A stretch of 64,000 nt of DNA from the IMG/VR virus record IMGVR_UViG_3300022916_000011, positions 1-64,000 of that record. One strand, given 5' to 3'. The notes under the pieces were generated by a model. It did not search any database. It was not told where the DNA came from and saw only the letters and a list, made by a program, of their open reading frames with translations. Position 1 is the first letter of the stretch. Each line of letters starts with the position of its first letter. Position numbers and translations under genes: made by a program. Origin of the DNA: a virus. Positions 10,803 to 21,498 of the stretch are shown piece after piece.

Positions 10803-11284
10803 TTTATATTCTCCCTTTTATCAATGATGAACTCAACCCATTCCTTTGCATCTTTTAGAAAGTTCATTCCAGTTTCTTTTTTCATATTGGCTATTACATA
10901 TTTGATAGCTTTGATCTTACCTCCATCAAGATAAATTTGATACACTCGATCCGAATATGAACGAACTCTGGTATCCTTACAAGTTAGATCAATATATCCC
11001 GCACTTACAGCACCAATGAATATTTTTGCTGTCCAAAAAGGAGGAGCAGTTCTGCTGCTTTTTGTAAGAATCCCAAAGGTTTCAAATGACATAGATTCAT
11101 AATCCCCACCTTCATCACCAAATCTTCTGATAAAGGAAGATTCAGAACCCCTGGGACAGAAGTATAGATCGTTTTCTTCTGGAGACCCATCTGTTGTGTA
11201 TATGAAGTTTCCCATGAATTTGCAATTTTCACAGTCATGTTCCCACCACGGTTTTTCTTCTTTCATTTCATTATCTCCTTCCAA
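10799..11284 (-). CDS. Protein with C-terminal ribosomal L7/L12-CTD-like domain
   Basis: GGKIKAIKYV...ETGMNFLKDAKEWVE resembles L7/L12 KIxxIKxVRxxTGLGLKEAKxxVE. Confidence 0.55.
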   Translation of the reverse strand: MEGDNEMKEEKPWWEHDCENCKFMGNFIYTTDGSPEENDLYFCPRGSESSFIRRFGDEGGDYESMSFETFGILTKSSRTAPPFWTAKIFIGAVSAGYIDLTCKDTRVRSYSDRVYQIYLDGGKIKAIKYVIANMKKETGMNFLKDAKEWVEFIIDKRENIK

Positions 11285-11610
11285 AGGATTGATGTTTTGA
11301 TACCCTTAATTTTTCTTAAAGCATCCCCCACCCCTTTCAGGGTTCCTTTGTTCACCCAAAATCTGTAATGCACTGGATGGTCAGGTTCAACGTAGCTGAT
11401 CCAGTAAATGTTCTTGAATTTGGGGTCTTCCATGATTCGTGCTGCTGAGTTAATGTCGGTCCTGATGTAGATAGTCCCGTTAGCACCCTTGAAGTATGAC
11501 TTTGGCGTACTCAGATCATTCAAGATAGCTTCCCGTAGTATTGAATGGTTAGGGTTTTCGTTGGAGCTACAATCTCTTGCTTCTCCGTCTAATAATTTGT
11601 AGTGATTCAT
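11263..11610 (-). CDS. Hypothetical protein
   Basis: 115-aa ORF with AAGGAG RBS. Confidence 0.65.
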   Translation of the reverse strand: MNHYKLLDGEARDCSSNENPNHSILREAILNDLSTPKSYFKGANGTIYIRTDINSAARIMEDPKFKNIYWISYVEPDHPVHYRFWVNKGTLKGVGDALRKIKGIKTSILWKEIMK

Positions 11611-12481
11611 TTCAGCTCCTTTCTTTGTTTAAGGGTTTACACCAATCCATCATGAAGGTCTACCACAGTACAGCCGTGGTAGACTCTATCATGGATCAAT
11701 TATACAACACCCCCATAGAATTTTTGATACAGGCTTTCAAGTCCCATTGCAGCATTTCTACCAAAGTCCTGAACTAAATCAGTAAGATCAGCACCATTCT
11801 GCCGCATTGCAATAAAAATTTTCAAGTCTCTATTGCCCACAATCTTTCTCTTATTTATTTTCCTCAGTTTATAACTCATTAGTACTCCTTTCTTAGTCAA
11901 TGTAGCCGAATGATAGAAAAATGATCAATCCCATAAGCGCAAATGTAAAAGTCGCCCCGAGTACACCCTTCATCATTTCCCAAACACTGAGATTTTGATT
12001 CTTCTTCCATTCACCATGAACTAGCATTACTTACCTCCATTAACGTCTTGTTTATTAGCTGCAATTTGGACTAATATGTAGGTGTCGGAATTTATATTCC
12101 CTTCACCCTCTGCCTCCCAAAGATCAATAATCAGTTTGTAAAACATGGTCTAGCTCCCAATTTTCTTCAAAAGGTACTTGATTAGGAAGTTCGGTTAGAT
12201 TCAATTCGGTCCCGATTGACTCAAATGTTTCTGAATCAATATTACGCCACACACCGTCTTGCATTTCCATTTGTTGCTCTCCTTTCTTCGATCATACGGG
12301 TTTCAAACCATTCAGCTTTGGCTTTGGTGAATACCAAAATCATGTCTTCCAATGAAAAAGTCTTGCGTAGTTCCTTAAACCTTTCAAAAAGGTACATTTT
12401 ACTACCTCCTTTGTTGGGGTTTACATACATAATTGATTGGAACCCCCTCACTAGCAGGGTTCCAACCTATATGACTGCAAA

Positions 12482-13027
12482 CTATCCTAACGCACTCAAC
12501 CTTTCTTCATCTAATCTCTGTCTCCCGAAAGTGCTGACCCTGCGTTCATGGTCCCATTTGTCTCTCGACTTCCAGTTTTTCTTCTTACTGAATGACCATG
12601 CAGGTGCCCAATAGTATTCATTGGTCCCTTTCTTCTGTTTCAACCCGGCTGCTTTCAGGGTATCACTCAAATCTGAGGAAGCACCCCGTACCCAATACCA
12701 TGCTCCTACCCTGTCTCTCTTGATACCAGGAATGTGCTTCACTTTATTGTGCATGTCCATCATCTGTTGAAAAAGGTGATTGGTTCCCGTTGAATCTGTT
12801 GCTGAAGGTCCCCAAGAAATGTTCCACTTACCCAATTTATCTTTCAGAACTTCAAATGCTTCCAGAATCGCTCTGGTCATTCCCAGAGATTCAGCATTTT
12901 GCCCAATGATGTCGGGGTGCCATTCTTTCAGCGCAGTATTCTTAGCCGTTTTCAAATGTTCAAATGTATCACCTTTCGGACCCAAGATACCCAATGCAAC
13001 TTTGATTCCCATTTTGCTTTTAGCCAT
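12482..13027 (-). CDS. J-domain (DnaJ-like) protein
   Basis: Start at MAKSK after AAGGAG; ALKEWHPDI contains the HPD motif in a helical hairpin context; Trp-rich C-terminal domain. Confidence 0.7.
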   Translation of the reverse strand: MAKSKMGIKVALGILGPKGDTFEHLKTAKNTALKEWHPDIIGQNAESLGMTRAILEAFEVLKDKLGKWNISWGPSATDSTGTNHLFQQMMDMHNKVKHIPGIKRDRVGAWYWVRGASSDLSDTLKAAGLKQKKGTNEYYWAPAWSFSKKKNWKSRDKWDHERRVSTFGRQRLDEERLSALG

Positions 13028-13055
13028 TTCTCTAACTCCTTTCTCAATTTGGGGT

Positions 13056-13304
13056 TTATGTATTATAGATCGTGTCCTTATCAGGGTCGTATGCCGTACA
13101 CATATTTCTCTCATAAATGTCCCGAATAATGTTACCATTGAAGAAATCACCTCTTCCAAAGACAGAGGGGGTTTGAGGGTGTCCGTGATTGTGAAATGCT
13201 TCATTCAATTTCCGAACTACTTTGTGAACGGGTACTTCCTCATCACCAATAAAATTGCTGATGAAGTCAATAATTTCCGCATCAATGTTATTGAAATCTA
13301 CCAT
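13056..13304 (-). CDS. Hypothetical protein
   Basis: First ORF after promoter 13340-13368; AAGGAG RBS. Confidence 0.6.
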   Translation of the reverse strand: MVDFNNIDAEIIDFISNFIGDEEVPVHKVVRKLNEAFHNHGHPQTPSVFGRGDFFNGNIIRDIYERNMCTAYDPDKDTIYNT

Positions 13305-13339
13305 GATTCTAGCTCCTTTCAAGATTTTAAATGAACCAT

Positions 13340-13368
13340 ATTATAACAGTTTTTGTGGGAAATGTCAA
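13340..13368 (-). promoter_or_regulatory. Sigma70-type early promoter TTGACA-N17-TATAAT
   Basis: Perfect consensus on minus strand. Confidence 0.9.
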
Positions 13369-13404
13369 GCAATATCAACACGTTCCCACATCAACTGCTT
13401 TTAG

Positions 13405-15821
13405 TTAATTCCTTTCATTTGGGTCAGACTCAATAAACAACCGTCCGTGAACTACCGTGAACCATTGATCTTGAATGTCCAAGAAACCCATGCTCACTTC
13501 TTCCTCAAACGCTTTGACCGCTTTAACAGGTGTTAAGGTTCCTGCACAAAAGTCGTAGCAGTATTGCCGATACTCTTGCATTGTGGAAATCTTTACCAAA
13601 CCATCTTCTGGAAAGGTTTCGTATCGGGGGTCAGCTTCCTCAAACTTGACCAGTTCAAAATTAGTGGCATTGTTCATGGGGTTAGCAATGAGCAGGAAAT
13701 GGTTCATAACCTCAGGAATGAAATTCTCGAAACCCATCTCCCAAAATTCGGGGGTTTCAGAATAGATAACGTCCGCTTTCACTGTACCCAAATCAGTCAT
13801 TCTTTTTTCCACAATCTTTTTTAAATCCATAATCTTAACAACTCCTATCAAGGGTTTACGTTAATGTTTCATAAAGGTGGGGGTGCAGGAACACACCCCC
13901 CTGGCTATCAAACATCAACCGACAACTGCAAAGGCCACGGTCTGATAAATGACGTACACATTGTCCTCATCGACCCACATCAATTCATCTGTGTCATGGG
14001 AATCTCTTTCAATGAATGCGTTAAAGCAATCCACTACGTGCTTCACACAATGGAATCTAAACCCTATCTCTTCCAATCGTGCTAAGAGATTATCTTTGAA
14101 CATCACACCAAGGAGTCTGGTATCGTTACAGCAGTGGATTCTTTTTTCACCATAGTCAACAAATAAATGGCAAACCATTTGGGTTAGTGCTTTGGACATA
14201 TCAAGGTACTGGTCAGCAACTTTATCTCCATACTGAGATAAAACATGATCATATTCCTCTTTCGCATAATTGTTCATAACAACCTCCAATCTTCTAGGGT
14301 TTACATCAATGCTTCACTTCAAAGGGTGAAGTTATGGAAACCCTCACCCTTATCATCAAGCGTTGAAGTTACGGAGCGATATTCTCAGCAAATTTTCGCA
14401 AGTTACTCAATGCGGACATAAACTTGCTGAATTTCGGGTATGAATCGTGCAGGAGCTCACTGTATAACCACATCATATGTGGATCATTATACCCTTCATC
14501 ATTCATGATTTCTATTTCCCGTACCAATGCTGAGAAATCATTGATCAGTTCGGGAGTAACATTGTCGCTGAAGAAGAATAGGTCCCCATTAGCATCGTAC
14601 TCTTGCGTGTATCCCAATTCTTCTAACCATTTTTCAACATCAGAGAGCATGGGATGATGTTTGAACTCTTCCCCGAATGCTCTGCACACATCGTCATAAT
14701 GGAGTATCTTCACTTCATCAATGTTGTACCAAGGAATATCAGATGCTTTTTCCCCAATAACCATGTTCAAACACGCTAACTCTGGTCTGTCCCAACAAGT
14801 CGCTCTTTCTTTTTTCATAACAACCTCCTTCATCTAAGGGTTTACAATCAATTCCTACATTCATGCTCTTGACAATGTCCAGTCAAGAGCATGGTACGAG
14901 GGAACTAACTGATCGCTTATTTCACAGTTTTACCACAATCGGGACACACACCATCGTAGTGAGTAAATGAATACAGTGTCCCGCAATCATCACACCTGAT
15001 AAGGCGATCATCGTCTGAGTAATCATCAAGGACCCACCATATACCCTGAGTCAGTTCAGCTTCTGCGGAAGTTTTAGCAGAGAGCGCACCATCCCAACCC
15101 CCTACCCATTTTTTGAACCAGAAGTGGAAGTCGTTCTGATCAAGCGCATCCAGTTTTTTGCGTACCGTGTTACACTGTGAAAGGATGTCACTCGCATACA
15201 TTAAACCATCATCAGCGGTCCAATCATTAACCTGTGATTCTACACTTTCTACGACTTCCAAAATTTCTTTTTTCATAACTACCTCCAATTTTACTTAGTT
15301 TTGACCAAACCAGACGATTTCGGTGGACACCATAACTTACCACGATCACCTGGACGTTTCTTCTTCTGGATGGGGTTATTCAACCACCCTTTCAGACTCT
15401 TCTTTTCTTTGGACAGTTTCTTGCTGCGCTGAATACCTGTTAGAATCTGGAACTTCTCGTTTCTCACTGACTCAGCATGTTTAATAGAGACACCTTTGGA
15501 ATGACAGTATTCACACAAACCGTCTGGAGCATAACACGTTTCATACCCGATAAAACCGGAACGTTTTTCGTCTGGTGGTGGTTCAAAATGGTAGGAAAGC
15601 ATACCCAACCGTTTTCTCATTCTCTTGGAAGGTCTAATGCTACGAACTGAAGCATTCCCACAATGGACACACCTAGCAGAACCGATGTGATCATTGGACC
15701 CACTACCAGTAGCAGTTGTAACCCACGCAACCCTTGGAACCCACTGTTCTACATCTTTCGGGTCTGGACTAGGGGGGTTCAACCAATCTCTTCTTGGACG
15801 TATCATCTGAGTCGTACCCAT
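13405..15821 (-). CDS. Five hypothetical genes (13405-~13830, 13915-~14277, 14369-~14818, 14917-~15276, 15291-15821)
   Basis: Acidic or Cys-containing ORFs with GGAG(G)/GAGG RBSs; several are separated by GC hairpins. Confidence 0.65.
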
Positions 15822-15857
15822 AACTGGAACCTCAATTAAGATTTTTAAGAAATTAAC

Positions 15858-16716
15858 TGCTTGGAACCATCAAACACCCCCACCATACAGAAGGTTTTAA
15901 TGGCACCAAGCAATGACCTTGCTATTAACTACCTTTTAATGGATACAAGCGTAGTTCTTATAGAGGAATAGCAAAGTCATTCAAAAAAATTCTTTTTAAA
16001 TGGATGCTCTGTCGGGTGAAATTCTTTTATCATGTACGTGTGGAACCCTAATCAAAACCTAACCTGTTTCACTACCCTGGAACCAAATGGTTGACCAGTA
16101 TAAATAGTGGAGTCAAAACCGAGCGCAGCACAGAGACTCTAACTGGAGTAGGTTTGCTGAGTAACCACGTAATTGGAATATCAGCTATCACCCTTTATTT
16201 CTACACATCATCTTGGCTACATCACCACTGTCAACCGCACTTTCTCTGTCGGAACGGGTTGTCGCATAACCCCAATGGAATACCGTGTCTCTCAACTTAC
16301 TTACCTCATGCAACGGAAGCGTTTTCAGTCTTGCGGTAAAACAGTACATGGAACCTAAAGAATAGGTCAGTCTCTCTTTGGAAGCAGAATAGCTAAGGTC
16401 TTGAATGATAGCAAAAATGGAGGGTAATTTGAAGATACTATCAAAGCGGAAAGACTGTGTATCTTTGGAGTCAAACAACCTGACTAGATTGGTCTGGATT
16501 ACGTTTTCAAGATGTGCTGATGAGATTAGAACGAAAGGAACCACCCTTGACATTGCAACCTGACGATTACAACCACCCCTATGGATATTCTTCTCAAACC
16601 GCAAAGAAAAGGAACTAGACTTGCACCCCGTTGAATCAGTGACTTTCAAACTACCCATTCTGGATCACCCCCTTTCTGAATGCTTTATTTTGTCGCTGGA
16701 AACTTCATTTGGTACT
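15858..16716 (-). ncRNA. Candidate long structured RNA or leader
   Basis: Lies downstream of promoter 16723-16751; multiple stems (15858/15912, 15913/15980, 16021-16037/16344-16363, 16256/16272); the only ORF (16188-16658) looks atypical. Confidence 0.4.
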
Positions 16717-16722
16717 AACTTA

Positions 16723-16751
16723 ATACTACCAGAGTTCATTGGAAATGTCAA
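16723..16751 (-). promoter_or_regulatory. Sigma70-type promoter TTGACA-N17-TAGTAT
   Basis: Consensus -35, 17-bp spacer, shares TTGACATTTCC with other early promoters. Confidence 0.8.
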
Positions 16752-17285
16752 GTAAAAAAATGTATAAAAATTATCTTTCTTGGGATAAAATTAAGTTAAT
16801 TTCTAGGATAAAAAGTAACAGAAGGAATACCAATAATACTATGGACCTCGGAAGTAATCACTTGATCTTCTTTTCCTAACATCTTCTTATATTAGATAAG
16901 GTGTCTCTTTGGCTATTACCATTGATGTAGGATGTACGTGCGTAGGTGATTCTTAGGGTTAGAGCTAGGATGTATGTTGATTAGTGCAGTTGTGTTAGGA
17001 CATAGGTTAGCAGAGAGATTCAAAGGAATAATGTTGGGAGGTTAGGCTTAGTGCATAGAGTAGAGGGTTAGGAGTTGAGGAGTAGGTTATAAAGGTTTTT
17101 CTAGGAGAGGTATAAGAGTACAGGAATGAATATGCTGAGTATGCTCTGGATGGTAGCCCGTTCCTAAACATTGTTATGTTTCCGATGGTGTAGGCTGTAA
17201 TCGATCCAAACTGCCTCTACAGAGGAATCTCAATATGATAAATCCTAATTTCAAAATGGACTGGAAATGTGAATGGGTATGCGAA

Positions 17286-17385
17286 AATACCCAATATATA
17301 CCCAATAGTCCTTGATTCCATACCCAATCTTATACCCAATGGGTAGCCAAATATACCCATTTTTACCCTCCATATTACCCAAAAT
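17286..17385. repeat. Cluster of short TACCCA(AT) direct repeats
   Basis: About 6-7 imperfect copies within 100 bp in non-coding DNA. Confidence 0.6.
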
Positions 17386-18589
17386 AGCTCATTATATATA
17401 GTAATAGACACCTTGGAGCTGGAAAGATACCCCCTGAAGGGTAAGGGTCGCATAAATCGACCATGCGCTCGATCTTCAATGATTTCAACCACTTACAAAA
17501 GTATTTCCAACGTCAAACGCATCACCTCGTGCGTATTTGAGATTTTCCAAATTAAACCTTGATTTTCTCCTAGAAGTAGAGTAATGTAAATCATTGATTA
17601 ATGGACTATTTAAGTGGCTTACATGCCGATGCAGGACTTAAATACACAATAACAGATAGCCAAATCACCTGTCAATCGGAAACTTTACCATTTCATTGCG
17701 GTAGGGAAGGGTAACTTAGGATGATAGTATAAAATAAAGGAATATTGGATGGCTTATAGTTAGGAGAATAGTGAGAGTTTGGAGGTTCGGACAAAGGAAA
17801 CATTCCAACATCCCAAAAATTTTTTAGTCGCATAGGGTTTTGAATTTTTGGAAATGCGGAACTATCGGATATCACTACATATATTATTTTTGGGGAAGAA
17901 GGGAAATTAGGCTCATATTTATTGGAAATACTAGCCTAAACCCCCCTTTATTCTCTCACTATTCTTGATTTACCCCTTCCTAACCCAAAATATAGATAAT
18001 AGTGAGGTAAAAGAAGGGAAGTTAGGACCAAGTATATTAGACTATACTCCTTCACTTTTACATGTGTCTAGGGTTAAGGAGGGTTAATCAAAGTTTGGAT
18101 ATAGATTAAGTTTAAATATGCCATACTTTATGCCTAAGCCCAATGTTAAATTAACTAAATAAGTTAGGATGATGTTATGTTTTTCTTTATTCCTAAGTCT
18201 TAGCTAAACTTTGCTAGATTTCTAGGAATAACCCCCCTGAGTTAATTTTTAATACTTCCAAACTTTTTATCATAATAATCTTAGAGTTTGGAAGTTAGGA
18301 AATAGAATGGAAATAGGCCCCCACCCATACCCATGCATTACTTTTATCGTGGACGTTGATTGTGGTGGGGCTCAGACCCCTAGAGTTTGGACTCTGCAAT
18401 TCATTTATACCCCTGATCCAAACTATCTAAGGTGATCCGGTGATTTTAGTACATTGTATAGAGTTAGGATATAGTTTGAAAGGGGCAGAATGTACCCCCA
18501 CCCTCTTCCAAATGTTCGGAAGTTCGGCTGTTACTTTTTCTTAAGCCAAAAAAATACCCCCTCTATGGTAGCAGGGGGTTTGTGGAATG

Positions 18590-18976
18590 TTAAATTTCTC
18601 GGGACACCCATTTGTCTTTATCGGTACGGAGGGTGATTACCGACTGGAACGAAACCAGTTTGAAATCTTGACCGGAACCAAAAAAGACCACCCCATCAAC
18701 CAGGATTACCGACCCCTGATCACGCATTCCCGCAAGGTGCGACCAGAGCGTGGACTTAACCTTCAGGTTGAAGTGATCGAGGACCCTCTTGTTCAGGACG
18801 GTCAACGCTTCACGGGTGTACTCATGACGATGGAGCGCACTGTTCAGGACCTGTGTACGGGTGTCGTACTTATGGATATTCACCATACCCCGCACCCCAA
18901 AATCAGGACGTTTAGCTTGGAATGCTCTCGTTACCGCAGTATGGACCGCATCGTTACCTCTGTCGTGATGTTTCAT
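18590..18976 (-). CDS. Hypothetical protein, paralog of 21094-21498
   Basis: Start MKHHDR after GAGGT RBS; own promoter; shared blocks TRAFQ, TRTQV, HFNL, SHLAGM. Confidence 0.8.
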   Translation of the reverse strand: MKHHDRGNDAVHTAVTRAFQAKRPDFGVRGMVNIHKYDTRTQVLNSALHRHEYTREALTVLNKRVLDHFNLKVKSTLWSHLAGMRDQGSVILVDGVVFFGSGQDFKLVSFQSVITLRTDKDKWVSREI

Positions 18977-19032
18977 GGAATGACCTCGCTTTCTTGGGTG
19001 TTGAGTGAGGAACCCCCTCACTTCTTACTTAT

Positions 19033-19061
19033 AGTATATCAGGGTATGCAGGAAATGTCAA
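19033..19061 (-). promoter_or_regulatory. Sigma70-type promoter TTGACA-N17-TATACT
   Basis: Near-perfect consensus directly upstream of 18590-18976. Confidence 0.85.
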
Positions 19062-19526
19062 CAGAAAAATGCATTTTTCTTAGGAACCATGCACTTTTCT
19101 TTGGCTATTTTTTATACCCCCCCTTGTTTGGAAGTTCGGCTACTTTTCACTTAATTTCTTTTTTAAGGAAGTTAGGAACTCTTTTTTAAAGGAATTTTTT
19201 AGGATTATTAAACACTTACTTTTCGGACTACTTTTACTATTTTTTTCTTTTAAGGAAGTTAGGATTCTTTTTAAAGGAAATTTTTTAGGCTTTCTTTTTC
19301 TTTTAAAATTTTTTAGGCTTTCTTTTTAAGGATTTCTTTCTTTTAGGAAGTTAGGCTGTTACTTTTTTTAAATTTTAGGATTCTTTTTAAAAGAAAACTT
19401 TTTAAGGATTTTAGGAAAGGCCCCCTCCGAATCTCAAAAATGAGTTAAACTTTTTTAGGAAGTTAGGAAACACCCCCACCCTAAAAAACAGCTTCCGGTA
19501 TTTCAAGAAACTGTTTTTGTGGTGGG

Positions 19527-20991
19527 TTACTTTCTACGGGGGTTGCGGTATCTTTTATCTGAGAATTTTCTGGTTGATCCATCGGGGAGATCGGTAAATT
19601 TTTTGCACCTACCATTTTCAGCACTTTGACATTTGTTATATCGTATACAATCGAAACATGACCTTCTCATAGCTGCACCTCTGGTATGGGGTTGTGGGGT
19701 TGCAGGTGCAACCCCCTGCTGCTGTTAAGGGGTATAGTAACTGAATGTACCCTGAATTGAACCGTCTTTGACAATCTCTACGCACCCACATGGGTACCAT
19801 CTGATTACGTTGTTGGGGTCGGGGGTTTTTTTATCAGGGTACATACACATAACGTCTTTGTCTACATAGTCGCATTTACTACATTTGTGGGTTTCAATGG
19901 TCTGCATGATAACACCTCGAAAAAAGAATTTAGGGGTTGCAGGTGCAACCCCTGCTGCACGTTATACCCAATCGTATAGATATACCCTGTCAAAAGAAGT
20001 TAATTCAGCACCGTTGTTTTTTGCAATAGAGCGTAAATCGGTCAAGGTAAATCGTAACTGGTGTTTTTTATCAAGGTAACTTTGAACGTCAAGCATTTCT
20101 GCAATGTGAATAGATTGGTTATCTCTTGTCTCTTTTGCACCGCAATGATGCACCGCATGAAGCACTAGCTCGACAATATTGACCATTGTGACACCTCGAA
20201 AATATGGGTTGACAGTTAGCTCACTATGAGGTCTAAAATCGCTTTGATCAATGGTGAGAAATGATAACCGAAAGCGATACTACCGAAAAGACACGTTACA
20301 CCTATGATGCTTTCAAATGCTAGTTGTGACATGGGAACACCTCTTATTTGGGGTTGACAGTTAAACTTCAATCTGAGTTGCAGGGTTGCAACCCAGAATG
20401 AAACCGAACTATGCAAGGTGAATATGGTTGTTCTCGTCAAGTACCATACACATGCACCTATCAGCAGCACTCTCGAAAACTTCAGGTGAAAGCATAACTT
20501 TTGAACGGTAGTTGTCGGGTACTTCAGAGAAGTTGTTAAAGTTGTATTCTCTCGAAAACTTCTCACTGAGAAAGCGTGAAGATACTACACCGTGAATTGA
20601 GATTGTGTCGCTGATAAATCTGGTAACAATAGAGTCAAGTTCTGTAAACATGGTAACACCTCGAAAAAAGGGTTTAGGGGTTGCAAGCGCAACCCCTGAA
20701 ATTTTATCTGATAGAGTCTTTACAGTATTGGTTCATTTCGCAGAAACTCTTGATAGCAGACTCATGAAAATTTGTGGTATGACCAATTTCACCGAAAAAA
20801 TAATTGACAAGTCTGGTAAGATTGTCAAGGTCAATTTCAGTTCTGATATAAACCATACCAACATCAATCAATTGACCATACTGAGAAATAATTTCTCTGA
20901 TCATATAAACCATATCAATACTTTCATAGTTTTCAATAAATTTCTCAGCACTCACGTAAATTTGGTCGGTATCAATTTCTCGAATTTTCAT
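19527..20991 (-). CDS. Array of six small genes (19527-19670, 19725-19907, 19962-20186, 20216-20332, 20409-20651, 20704-20991)
   Basis: Each has a (G)AGGTG RBS; most are separated by conserved palindromes. Confidence 0.65.
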
Positions 20992-21087
20992 AACTTCACC
21001 TTGAAATATGGGTTTGGTTGTTCTCACTTCTCAAGAGATTGCAGGGTTGCAACCCCTTGAGAAATGGGGTTGCATTTCTGCAACCCC
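19696..21087. repeat. Six intergenic palindromes GGGGTTGCA-N2-4-TGCAACCCC (some variant)
   Basis: 19696-19715, 19932-19953, 20372-20397, 20676-20697, 21028-21064, 21066-21087. Confidence 0.9.
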
Positions 21088-21093
21088 TGATTT

Positions 21094-21498
21094 TTAGCTG
21101 ATTCTTGCAACCCATTTTTCATCATCTATGCGCATGGTGATAATGCTCTTGAAACTTGCGCTTTTGTAAATTGCGCTTGTGAAGAAACCTTTACCGTAAG
21201 AAACCCCATCTATGATGATGGTTGCACCCTGTTTTGACATACCCGCTAAATGCGAGTAAAAGGTACTTTTGATTATCAAGTTGAAATGCTTCAAAGTTCT
21301 TTTATTCATTACCTCATGTTCTTCTTTGGTAAAATTGTGGTTTAGCAGCATAGAGTTCATCACCTGAGTTCTGGTGCTGTATCGGTGAATGTTAAAGACC
21401 GTCTTCACCCCAAAATGCTCTTGTTTTGATTGAAATGCTCTTGTAATGCTCTTGACTTTCACGGGTTTCTGAATCTCATTTCTGATAAATCTTCTCAT
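21094..21498 (-). CDS. Hypothetical protein, paralog of 18590-18976; first gene of the palindrome-array operon
   Basis: Start MRRFIRN after GAGGTG RBS. Confidence 0.8.
   Translation of the reverse strand: MRRFIRNEIQKPVKVKSITRAFQSKQEHFGVKTVFNIHRYSTRTQVMNSMLLNHNFTKEEHEVMNKRTLKHFNLIIKSTFYSHLAGMSKQGATIIIDGVSYGKGFFTSAIYKSASFKSIITMRIDDEKWVARIS

Larger units (their letters stand above)
18016..19470 (+). repeat. Dispersed GGAAGTT(A/C)GG repeats in T-rich non-coding DNA
   Basis: Copies near 18018, 18161, 18290, 18519, 19131, 19168, 19256, 19347 and 19459, all in the same orientation. Confidence 0.65.

Noticed and set aside
16188-16658. 156-aa protein-coding gene
   Set aside because: Composition unlike neighbouring phage proteins and it overlaps extensive stems; left unresolved rather than called
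16660-16677. 16S rRNA gene fragment
   Set aside because: Only 18 nt match; flanks show no rRNA similarity
16940-17130. Telomere-like TTAGGG repeats
   Set aside because: Only scattered GTTAG(G) words, not tandem; treated as part of the skewed non-coding tract
18587-19189. 200-aa plus-strand ORF
   Set aside because: Antisense to the paralog-supported minus-strand gene and runs into low-complexity T tracts
19696-21087. CRISPR array or integron attC array
   Set aside because: The 'spacers' are mostly gene-sized stretches of a few hundred bp and the repeats vary; no cas or integrase gene in the window; no canonical attC R''/R' boxes recognised
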